DNA from: Planctomycetota bacterium
GTDB lineage: Bacteria; Planctomycetota; GCA-002687715; DRQF01
Direction: 5' to 3'
Length of the DNA: 44,329 nt
Assembly (NCBI GenBank): GCA_036479435.1
Contig: JAZGFI010000119.1
Location: forward strand, 1-44,329
Part shown: one piece after another, positions 27,946-38,470 of the stretch
Layout: the number at the start of each line of letters is the position of its first letter
How positions within the stretch are numbered: the first letter of the stretch is position 1
Notes under the pieces: generated by a model
What the model saw: only the letters and a program-made list of their open reading frames with translations
Databases searched by the model: none
What the model was told of the DNA's origin: nothing
Position numbers and translations under genes: made by a program

Positions 27946-30492
27946 TCACTCCGCGGCAGGACGATTCGCGCGGCGACGCCACGCGATATCGGCGAGATAA
28001 ACGAGTAAGGACAGCAACAAAAACCAGGGCCAGATCGGCTCGACGCGCAAGGGTGCCGAGCCTTTCGACCAGACGAGGTCACTAACATTGCTGGGGTCGG
28101 CGGCGGCCGCGAAGCCGCCGGTAAGGCGAGCGATGGCTTCCAGGTCGAGCGCTCGGGACGGGTCGACCATGAGTTCAGGAGTTTGGTCAGAAGCGGGAGC
28201 ATCGACGATGCGAATCGTGGCGAGCACATTTCGCCCTCGCCCCTCGGCCTGGCGACGCGCCGCGGCCATTACAAACACCGGCTCTTGAGGATCTACGACA
28301 GTTTCCGCTCGCCAAATCCCCGCCGTAAGCTGACTGAACTCGAAGGCCTCGCCGAGCTGGCCTGCGGCGTCGCAGCGCCAAGCCTTCGGTGCCGGTGCGG
28401 TGGCTTCGCGGCGCTCTGCGTACAGAAATACGCGATCACGTCGGCGTTCGAGTCGGAAGCGGTGGGAGCCAAGGTCGGTCGCCGCACTCCGTTCCAGCAC
28501 GCGAGCCAAGAAGGGACCGTATCCCGACCAATCTCGCCAGGAAGCCGTTCCCGGCCCGCTCGGCTCCGTGGTCATCGCCGTGACGCGCCCTAAGCCGTGG
28601 CGCCAGGTGGCCAAGATCGGGTGCGACTCGCGCGCGGTCTCCAGCAGCAAGCGTGCGCCGGGGCGCAGTTTTGTTTCGACATAGCCGCTGAGGTCCGGCA
28701 CCGCACGGGGATCGACATCGCCCCACCAACCGGTACCTCCCTTTGCTTTCACCGCGTGGCGGCCCGGACGATAGGCCGGCAAGTGGGAAGTCGAAGGTTG
28801 CTTCAAAATGACTTCGGGTAAATTGAAACGGTCGGAAGCGTGGTAAAAGCGACCTTTCCCCCAGTCCGCCAATTGAACCAAAAAGTCACTGTGGCGGCCC
28901 GGACCAACCAAAACGGTTGAAACCGTAACCCCATCTTTTGCCATCGAGCGCAATAAGGGCTCAAAAGCCCCGGTCTCCACCCCGCCGTCGGTCAGAATCA
29001 AGACGTGCTTGTAGCGCGTCTGCACATTCTTCATGCCGTAAAAGGCCTCTTCGATCGCGGGCAGGATCACCGTCCCGCCGCCAGCATCGAGGCGATTCAG
29101 CGCGCGCTGAATGTTGATGGCATTCGCCGCGGACTGAAGCGGCGCGGCCCAGCGCTTCGCACCGTAAAACTCAACGATGCCGACCTTGTCGTGCGGCAAC
29201 AGTCGGCGAATAGCGAGGCGTGTCACTTCTTTGGCCAGCACGATACGCTGCCCAGCCATCGATCCCGAAGTGTCGATGATGACGGCAAGGGCCGTGCTAG
29301 GGTCTTTCTTTTCCTCTTTCTGAACGGATTCGACCGGCAGAACTTCGGATAGGGCCGTCCGGTGATAGCCGCCCGGACCAAAAGAAGCGCTGCCGCCCGA
29401 GACCAAAAGACCGGTGCCTTGGTTTTGCACTGCGCTCACCAGGGATCGCTGTTGCGTATCTGATAGCGTCGTCGCCGGACGGTCATCGAGAACGACGAGG
29501 TCGTAGGCGGAGAAGTCGGTTGTCGCCTTCGTGCCGAGTTTACCCTGATCGGCGTCATCGACTTTGAAGGAAGAACCCAAAAGATCGCCCAAGGTCTTGG
29601 CGCCGCCACGCACGCGCTGGCCAAGGTAGAGGATCGACCGGGGATCTTGCACCGCGACCGGGCGACTCAAGACATTGTTGGTCTCAAAGCTGTCCTCGCC
29701 GTCGGCGAGAACCACCTCGACATCAAGCGCAAAGAATCCAGCTAAGGCTGGCTCGAACTCAACGACCTGAGTATGCCGACCCGACGCGCTGAAAGGCACA
29801 GATTCTGCGACTAACACTCCGTCGAGCAAGACTCGCAAAAACGCGGTTTGCCCGGCGCCGATGACGTCAACATTCAGTCGAGTGCTCTGCCCCACTCGCA
29901 GCTCTTCTTCGAACTCAGCGGCCACCACGCGTAAATCGCCGACCATGCCCGGGCGGCGCAAGGTGTTGAGACGAAGGCCGCGAGCACTGATCTCTTGGCC
30001 GGCACGCCCCCAATCATGGGAGGTACCAAGACCGTCGCTAATAAGCGTTAAGCGCCCGGACGACCCCTCGGGGATCGCAAGCTGAGCAAGCCTCAGCGCA
30101 CGCCCCAAGTCGCTGCCATGCCGCAGGAACTGTCGCTCGTCGAATTCAGCGGCGTCGACCGAGACATCCGGGCCCGCGCCGACGACGATGAGATGACTTT
30201 TGACCTTAACCTCGCCGTCGCGGCGCCGTTGCTCGCGGCTCTCGGCAAAGGCCTCCATCAAAGAATCCCTGTTGCTGTCAACATGAACGCTCGCGGAGCG
30301 ATCCAGGATCACAACATCGTGAGTCGGCGCAGAGTCACCAAGGTTGACCGGGCGGGCCAAAGCCACCACCACTAAGGCGAGAGCTAAACTGCGCAGACTG
30401 GCCTGAACGCGATCTTTCGCGCGGCGAGGCAAAAACCAGGGTAGCGGCAACAAGAGCCACAGCCACAGGAACTCGGGGTGTAAGAAAATCAC
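27946..30492 (-). CDS. vWA-domain membrane protein with glutamine-amidotransferase-like region
   Basis: N-terminal F.HP..LWL TM segment, two MIDAS motifs (DRSAS, DTSGS) with SDG/TDG, YDLVVLDD..GGSASFGPGGY..LPV, HPILATWRHGLGR, and a C-terminal TM helix. Confidence 0.88.
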   Translation of the reverse strand: MIFLHPEFLWLWLLLPLPWFLPRRAKDRVQASLRSLALALVVVALARPVNLGDSAPTHDVVILDRSASVHVDSNRDSLMEAFAESREQRRRDGEVKVKSHLIVVGAGPDVSVDAAEFDERQFLRHGSDLGRALRLAQLAIPEGSSGRLTLISDGLGTSHDWGRAGQEISARGLRLNTLRRPGMVGDLRVVAAEFEEELRVGQSTRLNVDVIGAGQTAFLRVLLDGVLVAESVPFSASGRHTQVVEFEPALAGFFALDVEVVLADGEDSFETNNVLSRPVAVQDPRSILYLGQRVRGGAKTLGDLLGSSFKVDDADQGKLGTKATTDFSAYDLVVLDDRPATTLSDTQQRSLVSAVQNQGTGLLVSGGSASFGPGGYHRTALSEVLPVESVQKEEKKDPSTALAVIIDTSGSMAGQRIVLAKEVTRLAIRRLLPHDKVGIVEFYGAKRWAAPLQSAANAINIQRALNRLDAGGGTVILPAIEEAFYGMKNVQTRYKHVLILTDGGVETGAFEPLLRSMAKDGVTVSTVLVGPGRHSDFLVQLADWGKGRFYHASDRFNLPEVILKQPSTSHLPAYRPGRHAVKAKGGTGWWGDVDPRAVPDLSGYVETKLRPGARLLLETARESHPILATWRHGLGRVTAMTTEPSGPGTASWRDWSGYGPFLARVLERSAATDLGSHRFRLERRRDRVFLYAERREATAPAPKAWRCDAAGQLGEAFEFSQLTAGIWRAETVVDPQEPVFVMAAARRQAEGRGRNVLATIRIVDAPASDQTPELMVDPSRALDLEAIARLTGGFAAAADPSNVSDLVWSKGSAPLRVEPIWPWFLLLSLLVYLADIAWRRRANRPAAE

Positions 30493-30507
30493 GCGAGCCG
30501 TATCTCC

Positions 30508-32340
30508 TTAGGGAATCCGACCGAGGGAATACAAAGACCATTCCAACAAGAGCAGCCCCAAGATCAAAAACAGCAACCAAGTCAAAAGGTTGCCGCTGGC
30601 ACCCGGCGCATCAAAGTCAGCGCCCAATGCAGCCGAATCCCCAACCGGTGCTAACGAAGACGGAGCGAACAAAGACACAGAGAGATCATTCGGTCCAGGG
30701 GGTGAATCCGAGAGTCTTGAAATTTGGTCCTCGCCAAGTTCCGCGGCGTTGAGCGAACGGTAGTCGCCCGCGGCGGGCGGCAGAAAGGTCGTCCCCGCCG
30801 CCACCAAGATCTCTCCGTTGTCGTCGCGAAAAGCAGCGAGCCCCTTGGACTCGGCGACACCTTGCGCCAAGAGCGGAGCTTCGCCCGCGGCGACTCGGGC
30901 CGGAAAAGCCTCGATCTTCGCCAGCCATCTCATCGACTTTGCGACGAACAAGGGAAAGCCGCGCGACTCGCGAAAGTCATACTCGTCGCTGATCAGTTCC
31001 CACCACATGGACAGACCGCGACGGTCGCCGGGACGAGCGCCAACTTCGATGCTGCGTCCCATGGATGTCGCCAGCTCGCTGGCATCGATCTGGTCCAATC
31101 CCAGGGCGGTGAAAGAGCTGAGAAGAGCTTGCTGAGAATCCAAATCGCCATCGTGTTGCACGAGAATGGCCTCAGTTTGTCGGTCCGCAGGGCTGAGCTC
31201 GAAAAACGGCAGGTCGAGAGCCAAGCTTTCGCCCGCAATTCGGACGACCACGTCGGCATTGAGACTTGCCGATTTTCCCGCCGCAACGACAACGACATCC
31301 AGAGCCGTGTCTGTCTCTAGGACTAGTCGAAGCGCCGCGGGGAGTTTCGCGGAGACGGCAACCTTGATCCGCGTTCGCTGCGGCAATCGAAGACGCGCTC
31401 GACTTCCTCGCGGGTCACTTGAGCCCTTGCGAGCGGGATACCCGACGTCACCAAGAGTTGCTTCAAGCAATTGACCCCGCGCCAAGACGTCCCTCAAGTA
31501 GATCCAGGCGCGATCCCCCTGCTGCCCTTGCTCTTGAACGTAGGTTAGGGGCTGACCGTCGAGCCACAGTTTCAGATCCGAGATTCCGCGATCGGCAGCG
31601 ATATCACCGCGCACTTCAAGGTAAACGTCGACCCGGTCAAAGGCACCCGATTGCGCCGGACTCAGGCCTATCGTCGTGATGCCGAGCCCCCGCGATGGGC
31701 TGTCGTTGCGTGACATGATGGCGTGAATCGAGCTGCCCGGAGGCAACAAGTCCAGACGCGCCGGGTTAAGCGCCACTGAACTTGCCACGAGACACACCGG
31801 TCGCGCATCGGCCTCGACGGCCAGAGCATCGGCAAGGCACTCCATGACCCGAGACGGAGATCGAGCCACCAAAAGGCCTTTGGCGCGTTCTGCGAACAAA
31901 CTCGATTCCTCGCCGGGTGCCAACAGGGTTCGCGTGCGATCGCCAACCCAAAGCACGCGCCTTCGGTCTTGAGGGAGCGCCTTTATTTGTTCTGCCACCG
32001 CACGATAGGCCCGATCGAAATCGTCGCCCTGCGCCATGTCGGCCGAACCGTCCCAGATCAGCAAATACTGCGGCCCATGGTCATCGCTAGCTCGAGGCTC
32101 TGAGAACACGAACCACATCAACAGGCAAAGACCCAGGATGAACGCGTAGGCCCAAGGGTGCCGAAACCGTTGCATCAAGACTCGCGCGCGCGAGGCATCG
32201 ATCGCCTCGCGCCAAAACAAAGTCGTCACGACCTTGAGGGGACGATGACGGACACGGAGCCGTTGCAAAAAGAACAGGCCAGCCGCTAAGGCTGCTCCGC
32301 CGAGCAAAAACCCCGGCCAAGATAAAAACTGCATGTTCAC
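30508..32340 (-). CDS. BatA-like N-terminal domain protein with degenerate vWA
   Basis: BatA-type start (FLS..FLL...FFLQRLRVR..VVTTLFW), DGSADM degenerate MIDAS, GFPLFV, and C-terminal LLLLEW TM motif. Confidence 0.8.
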   Translation of the reverse strand: MNMQFLSWPGFLLGGAALAAGLFFLQRLRVRHRPLKVVTTLFWREAIDASRARVLMQRFRHPWAYAFILGLCLLMWFVFSEPRASDDHGPQYLLIWDGSADMAQGDDFDRAYRAVAEQIKALPQDRRRVLWVGDRTRTLLAPGEESSLFAERAKGLLVARSPSRVMECLADALAVEADARPVCLVASSVALNPARLDLLPPGSSIHAIMSRNDSPSRGLGITTIGLSPAQSGAFDRVDVYLEVRGDIAADRGISDLKLWLDGQPLTYVQEQGQQGDRAWIYLRDVLARGQLLEATLGDVGYPARKGSSDPRGSRARLRLPQRTRIKVAVSAKLPAALRLVLETDTALDVVVVAAGKSASLNADVVVRIAGESLALDLPFFELSPADRQTEAILVQHDGDLDSQQALLSSFTALGLDQIDASELATSMGRSIEVGARPGDRRGLSMWWELISDEYDFRESRGFPLFVAKSMRWLAKIEAFPARVAAGEAPLLAQGVAESKGLAAFRDDNGEILVAAGTTFLPPAAGDYRSLNAAELGEDQISRLSDSPPGPNDLSVSLFAPSSLAPVGDSAALGADFDAPGASGNLLTWLLFLILGLLLLEWSLYSLGRIP

Positions 32341-33236
32341 GGGCGATAACTCCCTGATTCAAAGAGCGTCGCGAGCTGCGGAAGAACGGCTTGTTCGACG
32401 TCGAGTTGCAGCAATCCGATTTGGCGGCTCTTGGCGAACTTCGTCAACCCCGTCTCAAAGCGCCGGTAGGATTCGGCGTAGGCCTGAAGCACCGCCGCCG
32501 TCGCCGAAACGTCTTCGGCGGCACCGGTTTCGCAGTCGATGAGTTGCAAGTCTCCTTGCAGCTCGGGCCGCGCATCCGATTTTCGAACGAGCTGCACCAA
32601 AAGCAAGCGGTGACGCAGGGTCTTCAGAGCCTTCGTGACGGCCTCGATCCCTCCCGGATCGAAGAAATCCGAAATGACGACAACCAAACCTTCCCGCAAT
32701 TTCATGGCGTTGAAGGTGCGAAAACTCGAGGCGAAATCGGTGCTGCCCTGCGGTTCAACTGCACTCAGGCGTTCCGCAACGCGCATGAGTCTCCCCTTTC
32801 CGGCCTGGGGGCGCAGGGCCGTCGTCAAGCTTTCGCCGAAGGGGAAGATCCCCACGCTGTCGTGTTGGTTCAGTGCAATCGAAGCCAAAGCCAAGGCCGT
32901 GCGGAGACCTGCCTTGATGCGCGGCGGCTCTTCGAGAAAAAGACTCAGCGAACAATCGGGCAAAAGGTAGACCGGCAGGTCTTCGAACTCTTCAAAGAGC
33001 TTCAAAAACACCCGCCCCAAGCGACGGTAGATGTTCCAGTCAATAGCGCGAAAATCGTCGCCGGGCGAATAGGGCCTAAAGTCGCGAAACTCGATGCCGC
33101 TCCCAAGGTCTTTCGATCGTTGTTCGGCGTGCCGCCCCCCGCGCGCCACACGGCCCGCCAGAATCCGAAGCTGCGCGAGCGAAGCGAGGAACTCGGGATC
33201 AAAAAGATCCTTTGGACTAAGAGACGTTGCAGGCAT
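32337..33236 (-). CDS. DUF58 domain protein (MoxR-associated)
   Basis: GSGIEFRDFRPYSPGDDFRAIDW, DCSLS, VVISDF. Confidence 0.92.
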   Translation of the reverse strand: MPATSLSPKDLFDPEFLASLAQLRILAGRVARGGRHAEQRSKDLGSGIEFRDFRPYSPGDDFRAIDWNIYRRLGRVFLKLFEEFEDLPVYLLPDCSLSLFLEEPPRIKAGLRTALALASIALNQHDSVGIFPFGESLTTALRPQAGKGRLMRVAERLSAVEPQGSTDFASSFRTFNAMKLREGLVVVISDFFDPGGIEAVTKALKTLRHRLLLVQLVRKSDARPELQGDLQLIDCETGAAEDVSATAAVLQAYAESYRRFETGLTKFAKSRQIGLLQLDVEQAVLPQLATLFESGSYRP

Positions 33237-33295
33237 GTCTAAGGGCTCGGTATTCCTGAGGGGCTAGTTAATTTCGTTCTGGGCGCATGCCGGTG

Positions 33296-34309
33296 TCAAT
33301 CTTGAAGTGGCTTGACCTGATCCAAGACGGCGTCGATGATTCGGTCGGTCGTCACTCCGTCGGCCTGACCCTGAAAGTTCACGATAATGCGGTGCCGCAA
33401 CACATCGTGGGCTGCTGCACGCAGGTCTTCGCAGCTCACGGCGAATCGACCCGCGAGAAGAGCCTTGACCTTACCTGCCAACACCAAGCCCTGCGCACCG
33501 CGCGGACTGGATCCTAAAGCAACGTTGTCGTTGACGAGGCTCGGCGCGAATTTGCTGTTGGGTTGGGTCGCGACCACAAGATGAATGGCGTGCTCTTGAA
33601 CCTGCGAGGGGCAAGGGACCGAACGCACGATACCGCGCATCCGGAGGATTTCCTCCCCGCTGGAGACCGGCTTCACAACCGCGTCTTCGGTTCCTGTCGT
33701 GCGATCAAGAATTGCGGCGTAGTCTTCGATCTCGGGGTAGCCCACGATGATCTTGAACAAGAATCGATCGAGCTGAGCTTCGGGCAGCGGGTAGGTGCCC
33801 TCTTGTTCGATGGGGTTTTGAGTGGCCATGACGCAGTAGGGCGCGTCCAAAGCAATCGTCCGTTTACCAACCGTGATCTGTTGCTCCTGCATCGCCTCGA
33901 GCAAGGCCGACTGCGTTTTGGGCGTCGCGCGGTTGATCTCATCGGCGAGCACGAGATTCGCCACCAAGGGACCTTCTTGAAAACGAAGCTCATGGCCGCC
34001 GCCTTCCGTGTCCACGAGTACAGAGGTGCCCTGAATATCAGCCGGCATCATGTCGGGGGTGAACTGAATCCGCGAAAAGCGCAGATCCAGGGCTTCTCCC
34101 AAGGAGCGGACTAAAAGGGTCTTGCCGAGGCCGGGCACGCCCTCAAGCACCACGTGGCCACCCGCTAAGAGCGCGGTCAAAACCGACTCAACCACGACTT
34201 GCTGGCCGACAATGACCTTGCCGACTTCTTCGCGAATCTTGTCGTAGACCCCGCGAAACTCCGCCACCGATTGCTTGGCGTCTTTCACGCCCGATGCACT
34301 CTTGCTCAC
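33296..34309 (-). CDS. moxR: MoxR-family AAA+ ATPase
   Basis: EGVPGLGKT, RIQFTPDMMPADI, LADEINRATPKTQSALLEAMQE, ATQNPIEQEGTYPLPEAQLDRF, GSSPRG. Confidence 0.95.
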   Translation of the reverse strand: MSKSASGVKDAKQSVAEFRGVYDKIREEVGKVIVGQQVVVESVLTALLAGGHVVLEGVPGLGKTLLVRSLGEALDLRFSRIQFTPDMMPADIQGTSVLVDTEGGGHELRFQEGPLVANLVLADEINRATPKTQSALLEAMQEQQITVGKRTIALDAPYCVMATQNPIEQEGTYPLPEAQLDRFLFKIIVGYPEIEDYAAILDRTTGTEDAVVKPVSSGEEILRMRGIVRSVPCPSQVQEHAIHLVVATQPNSKFAPSLVNDNVALGSSPRGAQGLVLAGKVKALLAGRFAVSCEDLRAAAHDVLRHRIIVNFQGQADGVTTDRIIDAVLDQVKPLQD

Positions 34310-34379
34310 CTTCTGTTTCCTTTCATCCGAAAAACCGAAGCGCGCTTACGCTGGCGGCCTCTGCCCATAGGGCTACTCT

Positions 34380-35894
34380 TCAATCAAGCTGTCCGCGCAC
34401 GCGGAGGTAGTAGTTTTTTACGAGGGTCCGCATCCAAGGCAAAAGATCGGGGCTGGCGACGTGACCGGCGGGAGCCTTGCGTGGCGACCTTTTCTGCGCG
34501 CCGATACGGCTCACCTGATCTGGCTTGGGCTCAATGCGTTCTTGAGTGATCTTGGTGCGGCCCGGACTGGGGCGGCCTTTGATGTGATCGGGGATCGGCA
34601 CGCCCAGCACCAAAGTCGCAACGCCTCGAGATTTCTTTTGCTCTGAAGGCCCACCGCGGCCATTCGCGTCTGGGTTTTTCTGATTGCCAAAACCAATGCC
34701 GAGGTCGCGATTCACCGGAGGCCTTCGGTCCCGCAACGAGGGCTGCAGACCACCGCGAGCTTCGTTTTCCTCGTCTTCGTCTTCCACTTCGGGCTCGGTG
34801 TCGAGGTCTTCTTCGTCCTCAGAAGTCACTTGGTCTTTGCTCGACCACTCCGACGCCGCAGGACTTTTGTTCGATCCGGTGGCACTCCCCTTGCCCGCAG
34901 TAGCGCCTGACTTTTCATTCTCGGGCTTCTTGTCGCTGGAAGCCTCAGGAGACTTCTTTTTGGGCTTCTTGGTCTTTTTCTTCTTGGCCTTTTTTTCGGG
35001 ATTGATGCTCGCTTGGGCCTGTTGGCTCGCCGCCCCTTGTGACTGACTCGAACCACTCGATGCCGAAGCATCCGAGGAACTGCCGCTACCGGTGGCACCT
35101 TGAGTTTCCTTGACGTCGTCGGCGAGGCTTTGGTCTTCTAGGCGCGCCTTCGGCTCGCCTTTGCGCGCCCCAGGTGCTTCGCGTGTCGACTCCGACGGGT
35201 CTTCATCGACGAGAGTCTCGCGGTCATCGTCATCCTCGTCGTCTTTTGCGGCATCGGTTTCGATTTCGGCGATGGTGCGGGCTGCTGCAAGGTCATTGGA
35301 CCGCCCCGCTTTTTCGTTTCGATAGGGAAAAAACACGCAAGCCATCGCCAGCAAGATTCCCAGACAAGCGGCGACTAAGGATGCCCGCGAGTATCTCCAT
35401 TGCGGATCTGCGGGTGCCAAGGGCGCCGACTTAGCTCGCTCAAAGTGCTCAGCGGCATCGGCGATAGCCGCGTCCATGAAGGGGCTGCGCACTTTGGTCT
35501 CAAGGAACTCTGCGGCGGCACCCATGCGGTCGTGAAGTTGGAGCTGATCGTCAACAAAAGCGAGCGCCTGGGGCCGACCAACCGGCCGCCGACGAGCCGC
35601 CATCACCACCGTCAGCAACCAAGCCAAGGGCGGCAGAAACGTGGCGCCAAAAATGGCCCATCCCGGCAAACGCGGCGGTTCCGCATCACCCACCCAGCCC
35701 ATGCCGAGGTAAAGCAGATAAAAAGCGGGAAAGACCAAGAGCAAGAGCATGGACGCGCCAAACTCGTCGCCCAAGGCACGTCGACCACGTTCACTGCGCA
35801 AGACGTCTTGGGCGCGCTGTGAGATCAGTTCAAGGCTGGACTCGGCATCTGCCTCCAAGCTCCCAGCACCAGAATCTGGCTGCGGCGCGTCCAT
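34380..35894 (-). CDS. Hypothetical membrane protein with low-complexity charged C-terminal half (MoxR operon)
   Basis: Three TM segments, a L.DR..AA.EF motif, Ser/Gly-rich, Lys-rich and acidic tracts, and C-terminal VKNYY; starts 2 bp after the upstream stop. Confidence 0.78.
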   Translation of the reverse strand: MDAPQPDSGAGSLEADAESSLELISQRAQDVLRSERGRRALGDEFGASMLLLLVFPAFYLLYLGMGWVGDAEPPRLPGWAIFGATFLPPLAWLLTVVMAARRRPVGRPQALAFVDDQLQLHDRMGAAAEFLETKVRSPFMDAAIADAAEHFERAKSAPLAPADPQWRYSRASLVAACLGILLAMACVFFPYRNEKAGRSNDLAAARTIAEIETDAAKDDEDDDDRETLVDEDPSESTREAPGARKGEPKARLEDQSLADDVKETQGATGSGSSSDASASSGSSQSQGAASQQAQASINPEKKAKKKKTKKPKKKSPEASSDKKPENEKSGATAGKGSATGSNKSPAASEWSSKDQVTSEDEEDLDTEPEVEDEDEENEARGGLQPSLRDRRPPVNRDLGIGFGNQKNPDANGRGGPSEQKKSRGVATLVLGVPIPDHIKGRPSPGRTKITQERIEPKPDQVSRIGAQKRSPRKAPAGHVASPDLLPWMRTLVKNYYLRVRGQLD

Positions 35895-35896
35895 CC

Positions 35897-38239
35897 CTAT
35901 TTCTTCTCCGATTTTGGCATGGGCTTGATGTCGACTTGAATGGCCTGCAGGACTTCGCTCGTCGTGCTATCCCTCACGAAGGCGACGACCGCGACCTGAC
36001 GGGGATCAATTTTCATCGACAGCCGTGAGCAGGCCCCGCCGCCCTCCTCTTCAAAGTCTTCAAGAAAGACGGAATTGTCTTCGCTGACGTCGGCGAGTTT
36101 GCGCTCGAAGTCGAAAACCATGACGCCCATTTTTGGCTCAAAGTCAATACCGCCGAGTTCCGGCGTTAGCTCGTCGCGGGCGACCATGCGGTGAACGACG
36201 ACCTTCCCTTTGCCGGGATAAAGGACGCCGCGCTCCACCAATACAACCTGTAACACCGTGTTTTCGCGGCTGGGTCCGGTCACGGTGATGCGACCGGTCA
36301 GTTTTTCGCCTTCGAGTTTTCCCTCTAAGCTCATTTCGTACTTCGAGGGTTCTTTGAGATGCTGGTAGACAGTTTTCTTCGCAGCCTCGTAGAGCGCTTC
36401 GGCGTCACGCCAGCGTCCCGCGCCGCGTGACTGGTCTTTGCCGTTGATGAGGAAGACCCCCGGGCCGCCGATCCCGTAGTACTTCTGAGCTTGCAGTGAG
36501 GCCGCGTTTTGAAGCGCCGAAGGCTCGGGTTGCGGCAGGTGATAGGTAATGACGGCGACCGTTTGGCGATCGAAATGACTGAGGATGCCCTCGCTGGCCA
36601 TCGTGCCGCCTTCGGTAAGACTCATCCAGGTTTCGCCACGCTTGCGGCCGAGGTGAGCGTTGATGAAATGCTCGACCAAGACGCAGCGATTTGAGCTGTT
36701 TTTGTCCGTCGCTTTGAACTTCGTGGCCGCAGAAAAATTGTAGGTCTTACCCTGCACCATGCGATCGACGAGGTCTACCGAGAGCGGCTCGCCCTTCATC
36801 TTCAATTGCAAGCCTTCCAGGGCAACAACTGCTTGAGGACCAGATTCCGGTTGGATCACGGCCATGATGTAACTGGAAAAGGCGCGGCGGTACCGTTTTT
36901 CTTGCTCGTAGAAGCGGCCGAGATGAAGCTTGATGATGCCGTCGTTGGGAAGACCAAAGGCCGCGGAAAGCAGGTGTTCCCAAGCCGCACGGCCTTCGCC
37001 GTCTTCGAGCAGCAGTTCGCCGACTTTCGCGTGCAGCTTGTGGACCGATTCCACGTAGCGATCCTTGCGACCCTGCTTGATGCCCATCCGACCGGCGCGA
37101 ATGGCCAGCTTCGGGCGACGCCCGGTCAAAAGCATCTGCATCGTCTTGAGCGCTTCAGTGGCGCGAAGGTCTTCGATGCGCGTTTTGTCCATCCATTGCA
37201 GCATGCGCTCGATGTCTTGGTCTGAAGTCGATTTGTCGTCGATCGTCAGCAACATGAGCTGCTCGGCCGCCTCTCTGGCGAGCCGCGACGAGGGATAAGT
37301 GTCAAGAGCCTTCAGCAAGGGAGTCGCTTCTTCGGTCACCATCGCCTTGAAGTAGGCGAGGTCTGCTTTCGGAAACACCGCCGGAGACGTTCGGGTGAGG
37401 CGCGCAAAAAGATTGACGCGATCGACCTCGACCCGGTAACGCATCAAAAAACCAAGGCCCGTGACACCAAGTGGTCGATCGGGATGTACCTGGATTAGTT
37501 CACTGGGGCGCCAAGCGACGTCTGCTGACAAATCCGCGCCGCGCAGAGCAACCTTGCCGATGTTACCCGCGGGTCGATTCAGCTCGCCGCAAATATCTTG
37601 ATCGATCACGCTGTCGATGCGGGAGGAGCCCAGGGCCAAGACTGCGGTGCTGTTGTCCTCAAGTCTCACGGGCATCCAAGCGAGATCGTTCACCAAAGAA
37701 ATCGAACTTGTCGTAGCGCCTTCGACTTCCTCCGGAGGCCCGTCGACTTTTTCGCGCGCCAAGCGCAAATAGATGAGGCCAGCGGCGAGATCAAAAGTGA
37801 TGTGGTAGTCGCGTAGAATATCGAGACCGATCGTGCCGATGCAAGCGGTCTCGCCGAGCTCTTTGGAGTAGAGCTTGCTGAAGTCGTCGAGCGCTTTTTG
37901 GTCGGGATGCTCGCGGCGCGCGATCTGGATATTGAAGCCAGGCAGATACACGGTGATCAAATGCCCGCCCTGGTCGACTTTCAGACCACCGCTCCCCGCG
38001 GCCTGGTTGTGGAGTTCTAGGCCGCAAGCGCGGTCGTACTCAATGAAGAGGTTCGCCGGAATGCGGCGCGCGGGCGTCGACAGTTCGCAACGCAATACGA
38101 GCTTGTCACCGATGACGGTGACGGGCAGGCGTGCGACTTGGCCCGCCGTCGCCACGGGAGCTGCCGTTTCGCCTTTTTGCGACCGCAAAGGGCCAGCGAA
38201 AATCGCCAGGACCGCCGTCGCCAACAGGAAGAATCTCAT
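35897..38239 (-). CDS. Secreted multidomain protein: tandem degenerate retropepsin-like domains, TPR region, thioredoxin/Omp28-like C-terminus
   Basis: Signal peptide; IGTIGLDIL..YHITFD and LGVTGLGFL..YRVEVD retropepsin-type motifs; TPR-like HLGRFYEQ; VLVEHF and YHLPQPEPSAL...FLING...HRMVAR. Domain calls are by eye. Confidence 0.65.
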   Translation of the reverse strand: MRFFLLATAVLAIFAGPLRSQKGETAAPVATAGQVARLPVTVIGDKLVLRCELSTPARRIPANLFIEYDRACGLELHNQAAGSGGLKVDQGGHLITVYLPGFNIQIARREHPDQKALDDFSKLYSKELGETACIGTIGLDILRDYHITFDLAAGLIYLRLAREKVDGPPEEVEGATTSSISLVNDLAWMPVRLEDNSTAVLALGSSRIDSVIDQDICGELNRPAGNIGKVALRGADLSADVAWRPSELIQVHPDRPLGVTGLGFLMRYRVEVDRVNLFARLTRTSPAVFPKADLAYFKAMVTEEATPLLKALDTYPSSRLAREAAEQLMLLTIDDKSTSDQDIERMLQWMDKTRIEDLRATEALKTMQMLLTGRRPKLAIRAGRMGIKQGRKDRYVESVHKLHAKVGELLLEDGEGRAAWEHLLSAAFGLPNDGIIKLHLGRFYEQEKRYRRAFSSYIMAVIQPESGPQAVVALEGLQLKMKGEPLSVDLVDRMVQGKTYNFSAATKFKATDKNSSNRCVLVEHFINAHLGRKRGETWMSLTEGGTMASEGILSHFDRQTVAVITYHLPQPEPSALQNAASLQAQKYYGIGGPGVFLINGKDQSRGAGRWRDAEALYEAAKKTVYQHLKEPSKYEMSLEGKLEGEKLTGRITVTGPSRENTVLQVVLVERGVLYPGKGKVVVHRMVARDELTPELGGIDFEPKMGVMVFDFERKLADVSEDNSVFLEDFEEEGGGACSRLSMKIDPRQVAVVAFVRDSTTSEVLQAIQVDIKPMPKSEKK

Positions 38240-38405
38240 CGCTTCTCCGGGATAATTCGCGAGCAGAAAAAGAGCCTAGCACACGGGCCTAGATGTTTGA
38301 AGATCCAAGGAGATTCTAAGATCCACAAGCACTCTTGAGACGTCCAAGCTTCGGGCCGATTTCAGACCATTGGGGATCTTTGTGAATCCGCGACAGTTTG
38401 TGCGC

Positions 38406-38439
38406 AAAAAAAGGCCCGATCGCTCGACGACCAGGCCTT
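38406..38439 (-). terminator. Rho-independent terminator
   Basis: On the minus strand, GGCCTGGTCG-TCGAG-CGATCGGGCC (10-bp stem with two G-U pairs) followed by T7. Confidence 0.8.
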
Positions 38440-38470
38440 CCATATTAGCTCAAGATGACCAAGGCTGCGG

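Noticed and set aside
32391..33242. 283-aa plus-strand ORF, and the many other short overlapping ORFs in the track
   Set aside because: These are antisense or alternate-frame shadows of well-supported genes in GC-rich DNA, with no recognisable motifs.
33237..33298. TGA read-through from moxR into the DUF58 gene
   Set aside because: The two genes are in different frames and MoxR is already full length.
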